Part shown: piece by piece, positions 23,327-35,736 of the stretch | Numbering within the stretch: position 1 is the stretch's first letter | Layout of the letters: each line of letters opens with the position of its first letter | Source: Trichodelitschia bisporula | Lineage: Eukaryota | Direction of reading: 5' to 3' | Length of the DNA: 64,000 bases | Assembly (NCBI GenBank): GCA_010356995.1 | Contig: ML996711.1 | Span: 198,518 to 262,517 of the forward strand | Program-made: the position numbers and the translations under genes | Notes under the pieces: model-generated | Database searches by the model: none | Told to the model about the DNA's origin: nothing | The model's input: the letters and a program-made list of their open reading frames with translations, nothing else

Positions 23327-23974
23327 TTAGCGCCTCATCATCCTCAAAAGACCGCGCCTGACAATTCGAAAGGCATCCGGGAGATCAGCGAGGGCATCGC
23401 GGCAATCCCAGAGAAAGAAATCCCACCACACCAACAAGCGGGGCCGTTCACGGAGCCTTCGACGCTCCTCCTGCTGCCGATCCCACTCTTGACGCTCCAA
23501 TTCACGCCGCTGAACCCACTCCTCGTCGCTCATTGGGACCACATCTTGACGCTGCTGTTCAGCCAACTCTCATGCCTGCCACTCCTCGTAGTCCATTTCG
23601 GCCAACCGATCGAACTCTTCAATATCCGATGGAGTCAACACCCATGCCCTTAACTCCTCGTCGCTCATTAGGACCACATCTTGACGCTCCGCTTGAGCCA
23701 GCTCCCATACCCGCCACTCCACGTCGTCCATTTCCATCAACCGACCGAACTCTTCAAGATCCGATTGAGCCAACCCCAATGCCCACAAATCCTCGTCGTC
23801 TATTTCGGCCAACGGATCGAAATCTTGACGCCCCAACTCAATCCGCCGAAGGAGCTCCTCGTCGTCCATTTCGTCGTCCGTTTCGTCTAGAACTAATGGA
23901 TCGAACTCTTGAAGCCCCGGTCGAACCGGCCTCAATCTCCAAATTATTTCCTCGTCTTCGATGGTGTGACACAT
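23327..23974 (-). pseudogene. Acidic internally repetitive orphan protein interrupted by one in-frame TGA (23570-23572)
   Basis: ORFs 23570-23974 and 23327-23566 share a frame. Repeat units VEWRVWELAQAERQDVVLMSDEE and EEWQA*ELAEQQRQDVVPMSDEE align. A TATA-like TTATATATAA lies at 24071-24080. Confidence 0.6.
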
Positions 23975-24448
23975 GTTTTCGGCTGTACAAAATGTGTGGG
24001 TATGCTTTGATACCCAGAAATTAGCGGCTTGCTTTGGTGGTGATCGGAAGCAACAGTGTGCGGTTTCGCCTTATATATAAATAGGATAGCTGGGCTAGTG
24101 ATACTGGAATTCCACTTGTGATTCAGAAAATGATACCATAGTGATGTGGGTAGAAGTGTTCCGTATTGGAATTCCATCAGGAGTGAGCTCGTCGTGACCT
24201 TAACGAGCTACAGCGCGGTCTTTGTGAGCTCGAGATTATCGCTCGGGATTGTTGCTCGGGAGCACTTTGCTGAGTATAGTCGTCGTTTCCTCGGAGTGCC
24301 GGTGTGTAGTACCTGCCTCGTAACAGAGTCTGCGACAACTGCCAGTGACAGGAGGGGTTCTTACCTCGACTACGGGCCCATTTAGCATCGCGACGACAGT
24401 CCAATCTTCCAACAATCACCATTACCTCCACCACCGCCAACAAGCAAA

Positions 24449-25280
24449 ATGCATCTCCTCCCCGTCCTCTTCCCTACCCTGACACTCGCCGCCCTAACCT
24501 TTCTTTCCCCCACCGGCGGAAGCACCTACGCTCCCGGCCCCCTAACCGTAACCTGGAGCATCACCAACACTGGCCCACCGCCCTTCATCTCCGATGCCAG
24601 CACATACCAACTCTTCCTCTGTGCCGGCGGCCTCGACCCGGCCACACACACTGACCTAACTCCGCTCGTCCCCCTCGGCCTCATAAAAGACGGGACGAGC
24701 ATCACCGTCCCCATCCCAGGCGATATCGGCGCCAGCGAGCCCAGCAACGCCTAGTCCGCCCCCTCTCCCCCTTCCCATCCTCCTTTACACTTACCCAATA
24801 ACCAGCTTCCTCAAAATTCTCATCCAAACCCCCACCGGCCTAACCCACGCCCTCTTCTCCCCGCGCTTCACCCTATCCCACATGAGCGGTACCTTCCCCG
24901 CGCACGTCCTCCCCGGTCTCACCTCGCCCCTCCCACCCCTCCCACCCTCACAATCCGTCCTCCCGCCCCTCACGGCCCCGACACTACTCGCTAGTTTCCT
25001 GGTGCCGTGGACGATGCAGGAAGGCCCAACGCGGTATGCGAGTATGCAGCCTACGCCTGGGACGCGGATTACGCGGCAGAGTCCGAGGCGCTTGTTTGGG
25101 ACTAGTGAGGTGGCGGTGCAGACGGGGTTGATGGCGCCGGCGCAGGTGGTTACGACGGTGACGATGAGTGTGCCTGGCGATGTGGTGGGGCGGGAGGAGA
25201 ATACGGCGGCTGCGATGCGGTTGGTGGGGAGGGGAGTGGGGGTGGATTGGAGGAGGTGGGAGGGGCGGTGGAGGGATTGA
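24449..25280 (+). CDS. KRE9: Kre9/Knh1-family beta-1,6-glucan synthesis protein; intron 24754-24805
   Basis: Signal peptide, YQLFLCAGG, NAYFLKI across the splice junction, FSPRFTLSHMSGTF, VPWTMQEGPTRYASMQPTPGTRIT and RENTAA. Confidence 0.85.
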
Positions 25281-25606
25281 TGTTAAGGAGGACGTTGGTT
25301 AATGAGTAGGAATTGGTGGTATCATAGGTGAACACTGTTTGGGGGATAGTCTGCATCGTATCAGCACCGTTAAATCGCGAATCTGAATGTAAAACTTGCA
25401 TTGGAATTGGATGAACATAGCGTAGATCACGCGTTGTCGCCCCAACGCGCAGACGCGCCGGAGCGGGGCGGCCGGGATCAACCCCGCCGACATCATATCC
25501 GTATCTATCCCGCGAGACCCCGCAGCAGCTCTTCATATTTCCAATCTCCCCACCTCAACCTCAACCTCACTTCTCACGTTCCCTCTCACCGATCCACGAA
25601 ATAAAC

Positions 25607-27111
25607 ATGTCCGACGACGCTTGCGCTGCCTTCCTGCCCACGGGCAAATACCCGGGCAAAGCGCACGCCGCGCGTGTCGCCGAATACATTGAGAAACATG
25701 GCGGAGATGCCAGCGGGGTGCTCTACCTCGAGGGCCAGACTACGAAGATGATTGAGGATAACGACGAGGCGTGCGCTTTTCGGTACGTCCTCCTCCGCTC
25801 GAGAGCCTGTTTGAGAGCCTACTAACACCGCCCCAGCCAGCGCCGCTACTTCTACTACCTAACCGGCTGCGCAACGCCCGACTGCGCCTACACCTACGAC
25901 ATGAAGTCCAAAAAGGCAACCCTCTTCATCCCCCCTGTCAACCCAGAAGACGTAATCTGGTCCGGCCTGCCGCTATCAGTCACCGACGCACTAGCCGTGT
26001 TCGACGTCGACGACGTGCAGACGACGGACGAGCTAAACACACACCTCGCCTCCATTGCAGAGAAACGCACGCTGCACACCATCCCCACGCACTTCTCCTC
26101 ACACGTGCGCGCCGACCATCTCGCTGTCAAGGAAGACCTGCTCAAGAAAGGCATCGAGATATGCCGCGTCATCAAGGACGAGTACGAGGTCGGGCTGATC
26201 AAGCATGCGAATGCTGTCAGCACTTCTGCACATGTGGCCGTAATCCGCGCCGCGCGAGACAGCACCACCGAATCCGAGCTGTATGGTGCGTTCCTGCAGA
26301 CCTGCATTTCGAAGGGATGCGAACACCAGGCATACCACGGGATTTTCGCATCCGGCACCGCCGCGGCGACACTGCACTATGTGCGGAACGATGCGCCCCT
26401 GAAGGGGAAACTGAACGTCTTGGTTGACGCGGGGGCGGAGAGTAATTGCTACGCCGCGGACATCACGCGTGTTTTCCCGTTGAGCGGGCGTTTCACACGG
26501 GAGAGCAAAGCGGTGTATGAGACTGTGCTGCGCATGCAGAAGGAGTGCATGGCTATGATCATGCCCGGCGTTTCATGGGAGGCGGTACATGAGCATGCGC
26601 ATAAAGTGGCGATCGATGGGTTGCTGGAGATGGGCATTCTCAAGGGGGACAGGAAGGAGATTTTTGAGGCGCGGACGAGTGTGGCATTCTTTCCGCACGG
26701 GCTCGGGCATTACCTTGGTATGGACACGCATGATACGGGCGGGAATCCGGATTATGCGGATCCGGATCCCATGTTTAAGTACCTGCGTGTGCGGGGGAAG
26801 CTGCCGGCTGGCAGTGTGGTGACGGTGGAGCCGGGGATTTACTTTTGTGAGTATATCATTGAGCCGTATCTTAAGGATCCGAAGCACAGCAAGTATATCA
26901 GCAAGGCGGTGTTGGATCGGTTTTGGGATGTGGGAGGTGTGCGGATTGAAGGTATGTTTCTTCGTTCTTCGAGCTGTTATGTGTGGAGGCTAATTGTCTA
27001 GATGATGTGCTCGTTACCGAAGACGGCTTCGAGAACCTCACTACGACGCCGAAGGAAGTATCTGAGATTGAAGAACTCGTGTGCTCGGGCGAAGCTGGCA
27101 TAATTCGTTAG
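25607..27111 (+). CDS. pepP: Xaa-Pro aminopeptidase/prolidase (M24B); introns 25783-25836 and 26952-27001
   Basis: [58 protein letters not shown] and GGVRIEDD. Confidence 0.93.
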
Positions 27112-27401
27112 ATAGTAGTGCACTCACCCTGCCATGTACCCCTCTAATAATGCACTCAAGTAGTAATGCAAGTAATGCACTCACCTGATAATGCCCTCCC
27201 TCCGACCCTCGGCTCTGCATCGCACCCCTCGGGCCCACCCGGTACGAGTACACCCCGCAGCCTTGGCCTGAACGACCAATTAGCGCGCCGACCCCGCCAG
27301 CCTGAGAGCAATAAAACCTGAGCCTCGGCCAGCATCGCTTCCTTCACATTTCCAACCGGCCATATCCGTATCTTAAGTTGGGAAATTGCCATATCGCCAA
27401 A

Positions 27402-29120
27402 ATGGTATCGGAGAGCAACGGAACGGCCGCATCGGCAGAGACCTACCACCAGAAGGCGATTTCGAGCGTGGGTTTCGGCTCCTTCCGATGGTGGGGGCGG
27501 CGGGTGGCTAATGCGGGGTAGTTGAAGGATGGGAGCTTGTTTATTGCGGAGGCGTTCATTGATGGGGAGTGGGTGAAGAAGGAGAAGGAATTCGATGTTT
27601 ATGGTATGCATATTCTGCTCGCTGTATTGGCCCCACTGACCTGACCGCCAGAACCCTCGACCGCCACGGTCCTCGGCCGCGTCTCCAACTGCGAGCTTGC
27701 AGATTTCAAAGCCGCAATCAGCAGCGCCGAAAAGGCGCAAACCGAGTTCTGGGAAAGCACAACGGCCGCACAGCGCGGCGCCATCCTACGGAAATGGAAC
27801 GACCTCATCCTCGCTAACACGGATGACAGTACGTCCCTCCCCCCCCCCGCCCCCAATTCCTTTCCACTAACACCGCGGGCCAGTCGGCACAATCCTGTCC
27901 CTCGAAAACGGCAAAACCCTCTCCGAAGCCAAAGGCGAAGTCGCCTACGCCGCCTCCTTCGTCGCCTGGTTCGCCGAAGAAGCCACGCGGGCGTATGGCG
28001 ACACGATTCCGTCCTCCACGCCCCATACCACGGTGCTCACGTTCAAAGAACCCATCGGCGTGTGCGGCATCATCACGCCCTGGAACTTCCCCGCCGCGAT
28101 GATAACGCGCAAAATAGCGCCTGCGTTCGCGGCCGGGTGCTCCGTCGTCATTAAGCCGCCGAGCGAGACGCCGTATACGTGCGCTGCGCTCACGAAGCTT
28201 GCCCTCCAGGCTGGGTTGCCGCCTAAGGTTATCCAGGTGCTGCCTACGAAGGATAGGGCGGCGGCGACGGAGTTGGCGACGAATGCGGGGGTTAAGAAGA
28301 TTAGTTTTACGGGGAGTACGGGGGTGGGGAAGATGCTTGCTAAGCTGGCGACGGGGACGTTGAAGAGGGCGAGTCTGGAGTTGGGGGGGAATGCGCCGTT
28401 TATTGTGTTTGAGGATGCGGATCTTGATCTTGCGGCGGAGGGGGCGATGTTTTGTAAGTTTCGGTGCTCGGGGCAGACGTGTGTTTGGTGAGTTGCGTGC
28501 TACTCGTGGTGTGGGCTAAGCTGATGAGTGACAGCGCAAACCGGATTATTGTTCAGGAGAGCATTCTCGAGGCTTTTACTGCTAAGTTGGTCGAGAAGGT
28601 CAAGGCGCTCAAGACGGGCCCCGGCCTGGACCCGAACACCACCCAAGGCCCGCTGGTCAACAAATCCGGCGTCGACAAGACGGCGCAGCACGTCCAGGAC
28701 GCGGTATCCAAAGGCGCGAAAATCGCAATCGGCGGGTCCGCGCCGGAGGGCTCAGGCTTCTACTTCAGCCCGACGGTGCTAACAGGCGTGACGGAAGACA
28801 TGCTCGTCGCGAACGACGAGACCTTCGGCCCGCTCGCTCCCATCTTCACATTCAAGACCGAGGCTGACGCGGTGCGGCTGGCGAACGCAACAGAGTTCGG
28901 TCTCGCGGGGTATTTCTTCAGCAAGGACATCGGCCGCGTTATGCGTGTTGCGCGCAAACTGGAGTGCGGGATGGTGGGGGTGAATACGGGGAAGATTAGC
29001 GCGGCGGAGGCGCCGTTTGGGGGGGTGAAGGAGAGTGGGTATGGGCGGGAGGGGAGTATGTATGGGATTGCGGAGTATCAGACGATTAAGAGTGTGACGA
29101 TTGGGAATTTGAATTTGTAG
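27402..29120 (+). CDS. UGA2: Succinate-semialdehyde dehydrogenase [NAD(P)+], multi-exon
   Basis: WFAEEATRAYGDTIP, ITPWNFPAAMITRK, FTGSTGVGK, LELGGNAP, SGQTCV (catalytic Cys), ETFGP and PFGGVKESGYGREGS. Four short GT-AG introns. Exact orthology is inferred. Confidence 0.88.
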
Positions 29121-30188
29121 GGAGAAATAAAAATTTTGTGTTGCGATGGTTAGAGCGATGATGATGAGGGAGGTGATGTTTCTGGTGGTGACGCTTGTGG
29201 CGCTTCGCGCTTGAGAACCCTAACCCATGGATGGCGGGGATCGAACCTCACCTTGTGCTCCGCAACCTTTGCTCCACCAGTTCATTGATTCGAGTTCCGC
29301 CCGCCAGCAGCCAGAGCATAATCAAAATAGTATATACAGTTCAGTGATCTTCCTAAGAACAATGATTGAACAAAGCTGAGCCGACTCCTTCTGAAACAAC
29401 CTTCGTGATCTCGATTCCATCCATCACAGACAAAGACATTGTATACCGCTTCCACTGATTGCTAAGGGTATAAAGCCAGCTGAGGACATGCCATGAGGCA
29501 ATCTACTGGTATCCAAGATGCTGCTCAAGTCCTGAGGCATACTGCCCTGGCTTATTCTGCTCTCCTCCCGACTCTACCGCTTCCACCCAGCTTGGCCTAT
29601 CACTGCTAATTTACAACCACACCAGCTGCACGTATGGCCAAAAGTAAAATGCTACAAAATTTGCAGACCTGTGGCTTCGCGTTGGCAGGCATAAAGCTCA
29701 CAATGGCACCTTCCTTGTGACTGAGTGAGCATGATGGGCGCTAAAATGCGACAAGCGGTGACTGCGCCACCACACGGCGTTGCAGACGTTGTACTCAACT
29801 TGGTAAGTGGCACTCCAGGTCTTTCGTATCTTCCCCATCTCATATCTGCCAGGGAAGGAGCTCGGGTTTCCTGTGGGCGAGCAAGACGCCAAGGGGGCAA
29901 CCAAAAACGTGACCTGGAGGAAGTCGAAAAAGATCTACAGCATGCCAGGAAGCCATCAACGATTTCTGGATGCAAAGACTTATAAACTGGTCATAGGTTT
30001 TTCCATTGGGCCTCGCTTACAAGCCGCACAGACCGGTGACTGGCCGCGGATTGAGGAGCATAAAGGTCGCTGCAGCACCATCTCCTCGATTCTCCTCCAC
30101 ACATCCACACACATCCACATCAATATACATCAACATCCCTCAACACCATCTGCTTTATTAAACCATTTGTGGGATATACATGTCGAGA

Positions 30189-30418
30189 TCGATAACAGCA
30201 TCCACAAACTTCATTTATCTTGTCATCCATTCTTTTACATCGATAGACGGAGGCGGTGGCATCATTATGGACCCCGTCATAGAGGACGTCTAGAGCTCGG
30301 GCAGCTCCGACAGTCTTCCGACGTAAGTACTCCACTCCTTTATACCTCCACATCTAACGCTCGCCAGGCTCGAGAACCCGCCTCCTGTAGTAACGTGCTC
30401 GGAGGGCAGGCTGACCGC
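30189..30418 (+). pseudogene. Degenerate inverted duplicate of the 5' UTR, exon 1 and intron 1 of the gene at 38509-39806
   Basis: Aligns with the reverse complement of 39653-39886, including a 33-nt identical block. ATG at 30267 is followed by an in-frame TAG at 30291, where the intact copy has CGG. Confidence 0.85.
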
Positions 30419-32942
30419 CCCTCCGGCTCTCTATATAAAAAGCTCAGCATCATGGACAACAGTAGTGCCCGAGCGTGGTGGCGAAAGAAGACCCGCCAAA
30501 AAACGACGACGTGGCAGAGAGTTATAGCAGCTCGTCATTGCCCGAGTCCTTTCCCTCGAAGGTTCTTCTCTACACTTCATTACTGATATAGCGCGCTTCG
30601 GGTAAGTACATCTGGATCTTTTTGATCACTGACCCGGAAACCTGTAACAGTGCAGGCTGAAGCCAGTCTAGGACTTTTATATACATGGCCTAAATGGCGC
30701 CAGTGGATCCAATCGGCCGAGAGTAAGTGCAGGGTCTGGGGCGTCACTGCCGCCATCAAGAAGCTGAAGCTTGTCGACACCCAGCCAGAGTCCGTTGATC
30801 ATGCCGAGGATCTGGGACTACCTCAAGGGCTTTGAAACCATTGACGAGTCCGCCACTCGTCACATCGATGAACAGCATCCCCGTGGCTTTGACACAGTAT
30901 CCTCATATACATACGTGACTGCCTTCTTCTCCACTTTCCGAGGCGGCTGACGGTCGTCGTCCGCTCCGGTCATCCCAGGCACCAAAGTGGCCACTTCTTC
31001 CTAAAAAAGCCAGGCCATCAGCGCGTCTATACCATCAACCGGTAACACCAAGCCGACAGTCTCGCGCACCGCCACCGACCCAGATCGAATGGACTTTGAA
31101 GAGCATAAGCCTGACCCAAATGCGATGGACTGGTCCTTTTGAGTCGCCAAAGATGCTTCTGACGCCACCAAAGCAGCCTTAGGACCAGGTCATGCCCGCA
31201 GAACTGGCCGGTCTGGGCCCGTAAATTTATAAGCATGGTGAGCTTACTTTGAGAGCGAAGACGCTGCCTTCCATCACCAAGTTTCACTCACAACCGGTTT
31301 CTTCGACTGATATACATCCGGAGTCGGCGCAGCTCGGATCGCCCGCGTTGGTACGGAGATGTTGATCTCGACTTCCTGATCTTAAAGCGCAAAGACGGAC
31401 AACAATTGCGACCAGCTCGTCGCGGCCCTCAACATGCTCCATGGTGTTACGGTCGGTAATGGAGGATGGGGGCAAACATGAGTGCGATCTTTCAGCCTCC
31501 CAGCTTTGCTGCCGCGATGCTACACTCGCGCACCGCCGCAACTCATTTGGATTCGAATTCTCCGCCCTCCTCCGCAGGCACTCGTCTATATACTTTCACC
31601 GCCGAGACATTCACCAACCTGAACCTCTATCGTTGAGGAAATTTTCAGTCATCGCAAAGACCACTTCTTAATCTCTCCGGAGCAGCCTGCCGACAAAGGC
31701 CTTCTCGACGAAATCAAATTCCACCAAGCGCCATGCTTGACACACGTCGCACGCCGACTTCAAGAATCTCGCCCGCAAGTCTCTTGACGACGAGCATGTT
31801 CTTCGCGAGGATGTCCGCTGCGAGGCAGAGGGAGCGGAGGCCCAGGATGCGGCCGACACTGCCGCAGAAGCTGAGTTCTATTCTGCGCTGGTGGGACTGG
31901 CACATCACGCGCGCTTCGGGGGCCTGGAACGGCACGTACTGAGAGCGGGGCTTCGCGCCCCGGTTCTCCAGAGCACCCCCCACAAGCCACTTCGGTCGTG
32001 CGGCCGGCTGCTCCCGCCACCGCACAGATCATTGCCATTAATCCGCCGAATGCTCCCGTCGTTCAGACCGTTCCTGCAACCGCCACGTCGGTCGAGGTCC
32101 CGGCCGTTCCCGCTGCCGCCCGGTGCGCCGTTCCGCCATCGTACTCGCTATATAAACTTCTCCATTCCATGCGGTAGAGGGTGCGGAGGCCCAGGATGCG
32201 GTTAAAACTCCCACAAAGCTGAACAGATTCTGTGCGGCGCGCCGTTCCTCCTGTATACTTGTTATAAGCTTCGCTAGGGCATAAAGAAGCGCCCTAACGT
32301 ATATCATCACAAGAAGCTGCGCGACGCCGCCTGGGGATTCATTAAGTCCGGTATATAGTAAGCATTCCCTATTACGCTCATGACTCCGGTGTGCCTTGCT
32401 CCCTGCATTCCGCTTACAAATTTCATTGCAGACAGTTGTGAGCACTGCTCGGCGCGCCAGCAAGTTCTCGAACGGCGTCTTTCATTGTCGAAGTCGAACA
32501 ACGGAGCGTTAGGGAGATGAATCAGCGCTCTGTTTCTCAGCGCGGCCCCCGGCTGCTCCAGATGGAAGATCTCGCTGTCGTCAATAGGGAAAACACCGCT
32601 CGCATCTTTGGAGCTGCGGCTCATCTCATCTCCGTCGCTGAACCCACATTCGGCAGTGCGGTTGCCGAGCACTGTATACAATGCCTTCTCCTCCCAAGGT
32701 CGTCGAGAAGATGCGTGGCACAAAGCCAGCATATACGTGCCCCAAAGAGAAATATTCTTCATCATTTCCCAAGCACCACATCAAGCTCTGCATCAACAAG
32801 GGTCTGATATAATGAAGCGCAGTATCGATGCGGGCCGCATCACATCAAGCTCTGAATCAGAGTGGGCCACATCACTTCAAGCTCTGCACCAACGCGGGCT
32901 ATATCGGGCCAAGTCATGGCATCAACGCTTTCTGGTTGTTCA

Positions 32943-33200
32943 ATCAGCGATCATGCTGCCTAGGATGCTACTAAGAAGGACCAGAAGGAAGAGATTCTGT
33001 CAGTCCTTGCGAAATATATGGTGGAGTCGTTGCTTGACGACGCTCCCGGGGAGCTCCCACGTCCAATGTCAACTGACTTGCCCTACTCGACCGCCTTCCG
33101 CTCCGACCTGCGGGAGTTTCAGGAAGACCTGCATGACCGATATCTGGAGCAGGAGTACATGGAGGAGGCGATGGAGGCCTCGGAGCTGAGGAAGGAGCGG
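32943..33200 (+). pseudogene. Asx homology (ASXH/DEUBAD) domain remnant with an in-frame TAG
   Basis: ISDHAA*DATKKDQKEEILSVL...YSTAFRSDLREFQEDLHDRYLEQEYMEEAMEASELR resembles the fungal ASXH pattern (AWxxLxxExxxEILxLLP...FRxxxxxFQEDLxxGxxxPxWxxxAxxAxxxR), recalled from memory. Flanking sequence appears frameshifted. Confidence 0.6.
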
Positions 33201-34338
33201 TTCCGTATCGCGGTCCTATATAGAGTTCGCCTTCACGCAGATCGCCGAATGGGCCACTCAGGTTGATATCCAAGTCCACTTAGCATGGCCATGGGTCAGG
33301 TATATGTGAGTAGGCCATACAGAAGGAGACGATGACTGTTGCTGACTGTTGTTCTAGATTGAGAACGGAAGCTTGAGCTCATCTTCTCGCCCAGTGTCAA
33401 GATCATCTACCATGTCTGAGGATCAAGGCTGGGCAAGAGGCAGAGAAGAAGAAGGGGCTGGACTTTGGGGACAAAGAAGCCACACGTAAGAAACTTGAAA
33501 AGCTCCCAACTTCCAGCTTCTACGAGCACGTCGACAATGTCGTCGCCGTTCCTCCCCCTCGCTCATCTCGCTGAGAACGGCTTGATCCGAAGCCTGCATC
33601 CGGCTCGGGTCGCGTGAGGAAATCTCGCTATCCTGCGCTTTCGCCTCTCGCCGGTGTCTCCGCGCGAGTTGGGTGGCGCTCCCGAGATCTATGCGATGCC
33701 CGTCAAGCCATACCACCGTATCCACGCCCTATACGCCTCCCGTGCCGACGCCTTCAGCAAAGCTGAAACGGCAGAAGTGGGTATACGACCCGTCTGCCAC
33801 CGCTCAGACATTTGGGTCCGCCGTTCAGGCATCCACAATTAGCCGGAATGAGGTGAATCAAATTGCTGGGCCAAAATCAGCGCTGTGAATCCGCCGCCGC
33901 GCCTGATGAATCCGCTGCCGAGCATGCCACTACCACTAATCCGGTCCGCGAAAGCAACACGACACGCGCCGGATATACGCTTCACGGACTATATATGCGA
34001 CTGGCCGTCGTGCCTCGTCCTCCTCAATCCTGCCCGGACTAGCTTGTTCATGGCACCCCAGATCGCCGTCTTCACACCATGCATCATCTTCTTAAGGAGC
34101 CTCGAAACCCGTAGCCAATGAGTGAGATATATGCGCAGGATGAGATATGTAGATGGAGTTGATGAGAACCAAGGTCGATGGGCCGCCGTCAATTTAGGGT
34201 GGTGATGATGGTTGCCAAGCATGTTTGGCCCGCTCCTTGTCTCATCCCTGCATTGCTTGTTTGGGAAGGTAGGCTTGTGGCTGTTGCTTCCCGAGACCAT
34301 GATGGGAGCAAAGCGCAATACGTAGGCGAAATCAACTG

Positions 34339-34518
34339 TGTAAACTGAGGATTGAAGTAGAAGGGAAGGAGAGGAGGAGAGTCGGAGATTCTCGAGACTA
34401 AATACATAATGCTAACTATCCTCCTTGTCTCCTTCCTTCATCATGCGCTGATTACATCATGTCCTTTATTATGCTCCTTCCTGGCATAACAATGCTCCTT
34501 CCATCTTCACATCAGACA
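34339..34518 (+). repeat. Dispersed ~180-bp repeat, copy 2
   Basis: TGTAAACTGAGGATTGAAGTAG...CATAACAATGCTCCTTCCATCTTCACATCAGACA, with TG...CA termini. Confidence 0.75.
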
Positions 34519-34893
34519 AGCCGGCGGCGATTGTGGAAATCAAAGGGGTATCGCGAAGGTTCAAAGCAAAGCAATGTCTGTCTGCTGAAGGAAACATTCG
34601 ATCCCGGTGTCTTAGACGATTCGCGGTTGCCAGTGATTGACCCCGGAAAGTGTACAAAGCTTCGGGATTGAAGGTAAAGCCTGAGTGTATCGGATAAGCC
34701 AGGCAAATAGACATCACAGCAAAGCAATCACGGCTCAAAGTCATGGGTAATCTGGTTCGATTCATGCTTGTCGATTTGACATTACAATTAAAAGCAAACC
34801 CAAGTCTATAAACGCCGCGCTATGCAAAGGACAAATGGTAAAAGCACAAATACAGGGGAGACCGCACACTCATACACTCAGAACAACCACCGC

Positions 34894-35736
34894 TTACAAC
34901 TTGGGGATCTTGCACTTGGCCAGACACGTCTCAACACCCTTGGCCAGCGAGACCGGGATCTTGCCGCGGAAGGCATCGATGTTCTGCCCCGACTGCGGGA
35001 ACTGGAAGCCCGTCGTCGCGGAGATGACCTCGCCATTGAGCCCAAAGAAGGCCTGAGCAATGGAGTTGGTGCCCGCATCGCCGTTGTTAAGCGTGGCCAC
35101 AAAGGTCGCCGGGTCGCAGCTCGGGTTGAACTGGTAATGGACCGCACCCTGCGGGAACACTGTCCCCTGGAACTTATCCAGCGACCCAGTAATCTCGCCT
35201 GCAAACCCGTTCTCAAGAATCATGCCAAACTCAAGCGAACCATCGACGACAGTAAGCCACTCATTCCCGCGCGGATGCACATGCGGCGTGTTCATCCCAC
35301 ACGGCTCCAGGAACGCAACCGTCGTGCTCAGACCCTTATTCGTCAGAAAGGGGAAGTTGGCGGGTGCGGCAGCGGCTTTGCGCCCGCCTAGCTCGATTAC
35401 CACACCGGCGTCATTCTTGGCTGGCGCGGCGGTGTTGAAGTCGAAGACGGTTTGCCCGCGCAGGTCGTCGCCGGTCTTGAGCTTGCCGTTGACGAGGAAG
35501 AGCTCCTTGGCTTGGTCGACGGCGGTGATCTTCGTAGCGAGCTTCTCGGCGAGGGTCTTCTGGTCGGCGGCGGCGGGCGCGATGACTGGGCGGATGGAGC
35601 CTGCGGGGGCGGGGGTGCCGGCACGGGAGACGCCGGTGCTGGAGGAGGTCCAGGAGGTGGTCCAGGTGGGGTTGCTGGCCGGGACGGCGACGGCGGTGGC
35701 GGCGAGTGCGAGGACGACGGTCTTGAAGAAAGACAT
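34894..35736 (-). CDS. Secreted spherulin-1/germin-like cupin protein
   Basis: Signal peptide, FLEPCGMNTPHVHPRGNEW (germin box), LENG and VFPQGAVHYQFNPSC. Confidence 0.92.
   Translation of the reverse strand: MSFFKTVVLALAATAVAVPASNPTWTTSWTSSSTGVSRAGTPAPAGSIRPVIAPAAADQKTLAEKLATKITAVDQAKELFLVNGKLKTGDDLRGQTVFDFNTAAPAKNDAGVVIELGGRKAAAAPANFPFLTNKGLSTTVAFLEPCGMNTPHVHPRGNEWLTVVDGSLEFGMILENGFAGEITGSLDKFQGTVFPQGAVHYQFNPSCDPATFVATLNNGDAGTNSIAQAFFGLNGEVISATTGFQFPQSGQNIDAFRGKIPVSLAKGVETCLAKCKIPKL

Noticed and set aside
29233..29290. tRNA-like T-arm (GGTTCGATCCCCGCC on the minus strand)
   Set aside because: No matching acceptor stem, D-arm or anticodon arm could be built; at most an isolated B-box-like motif.
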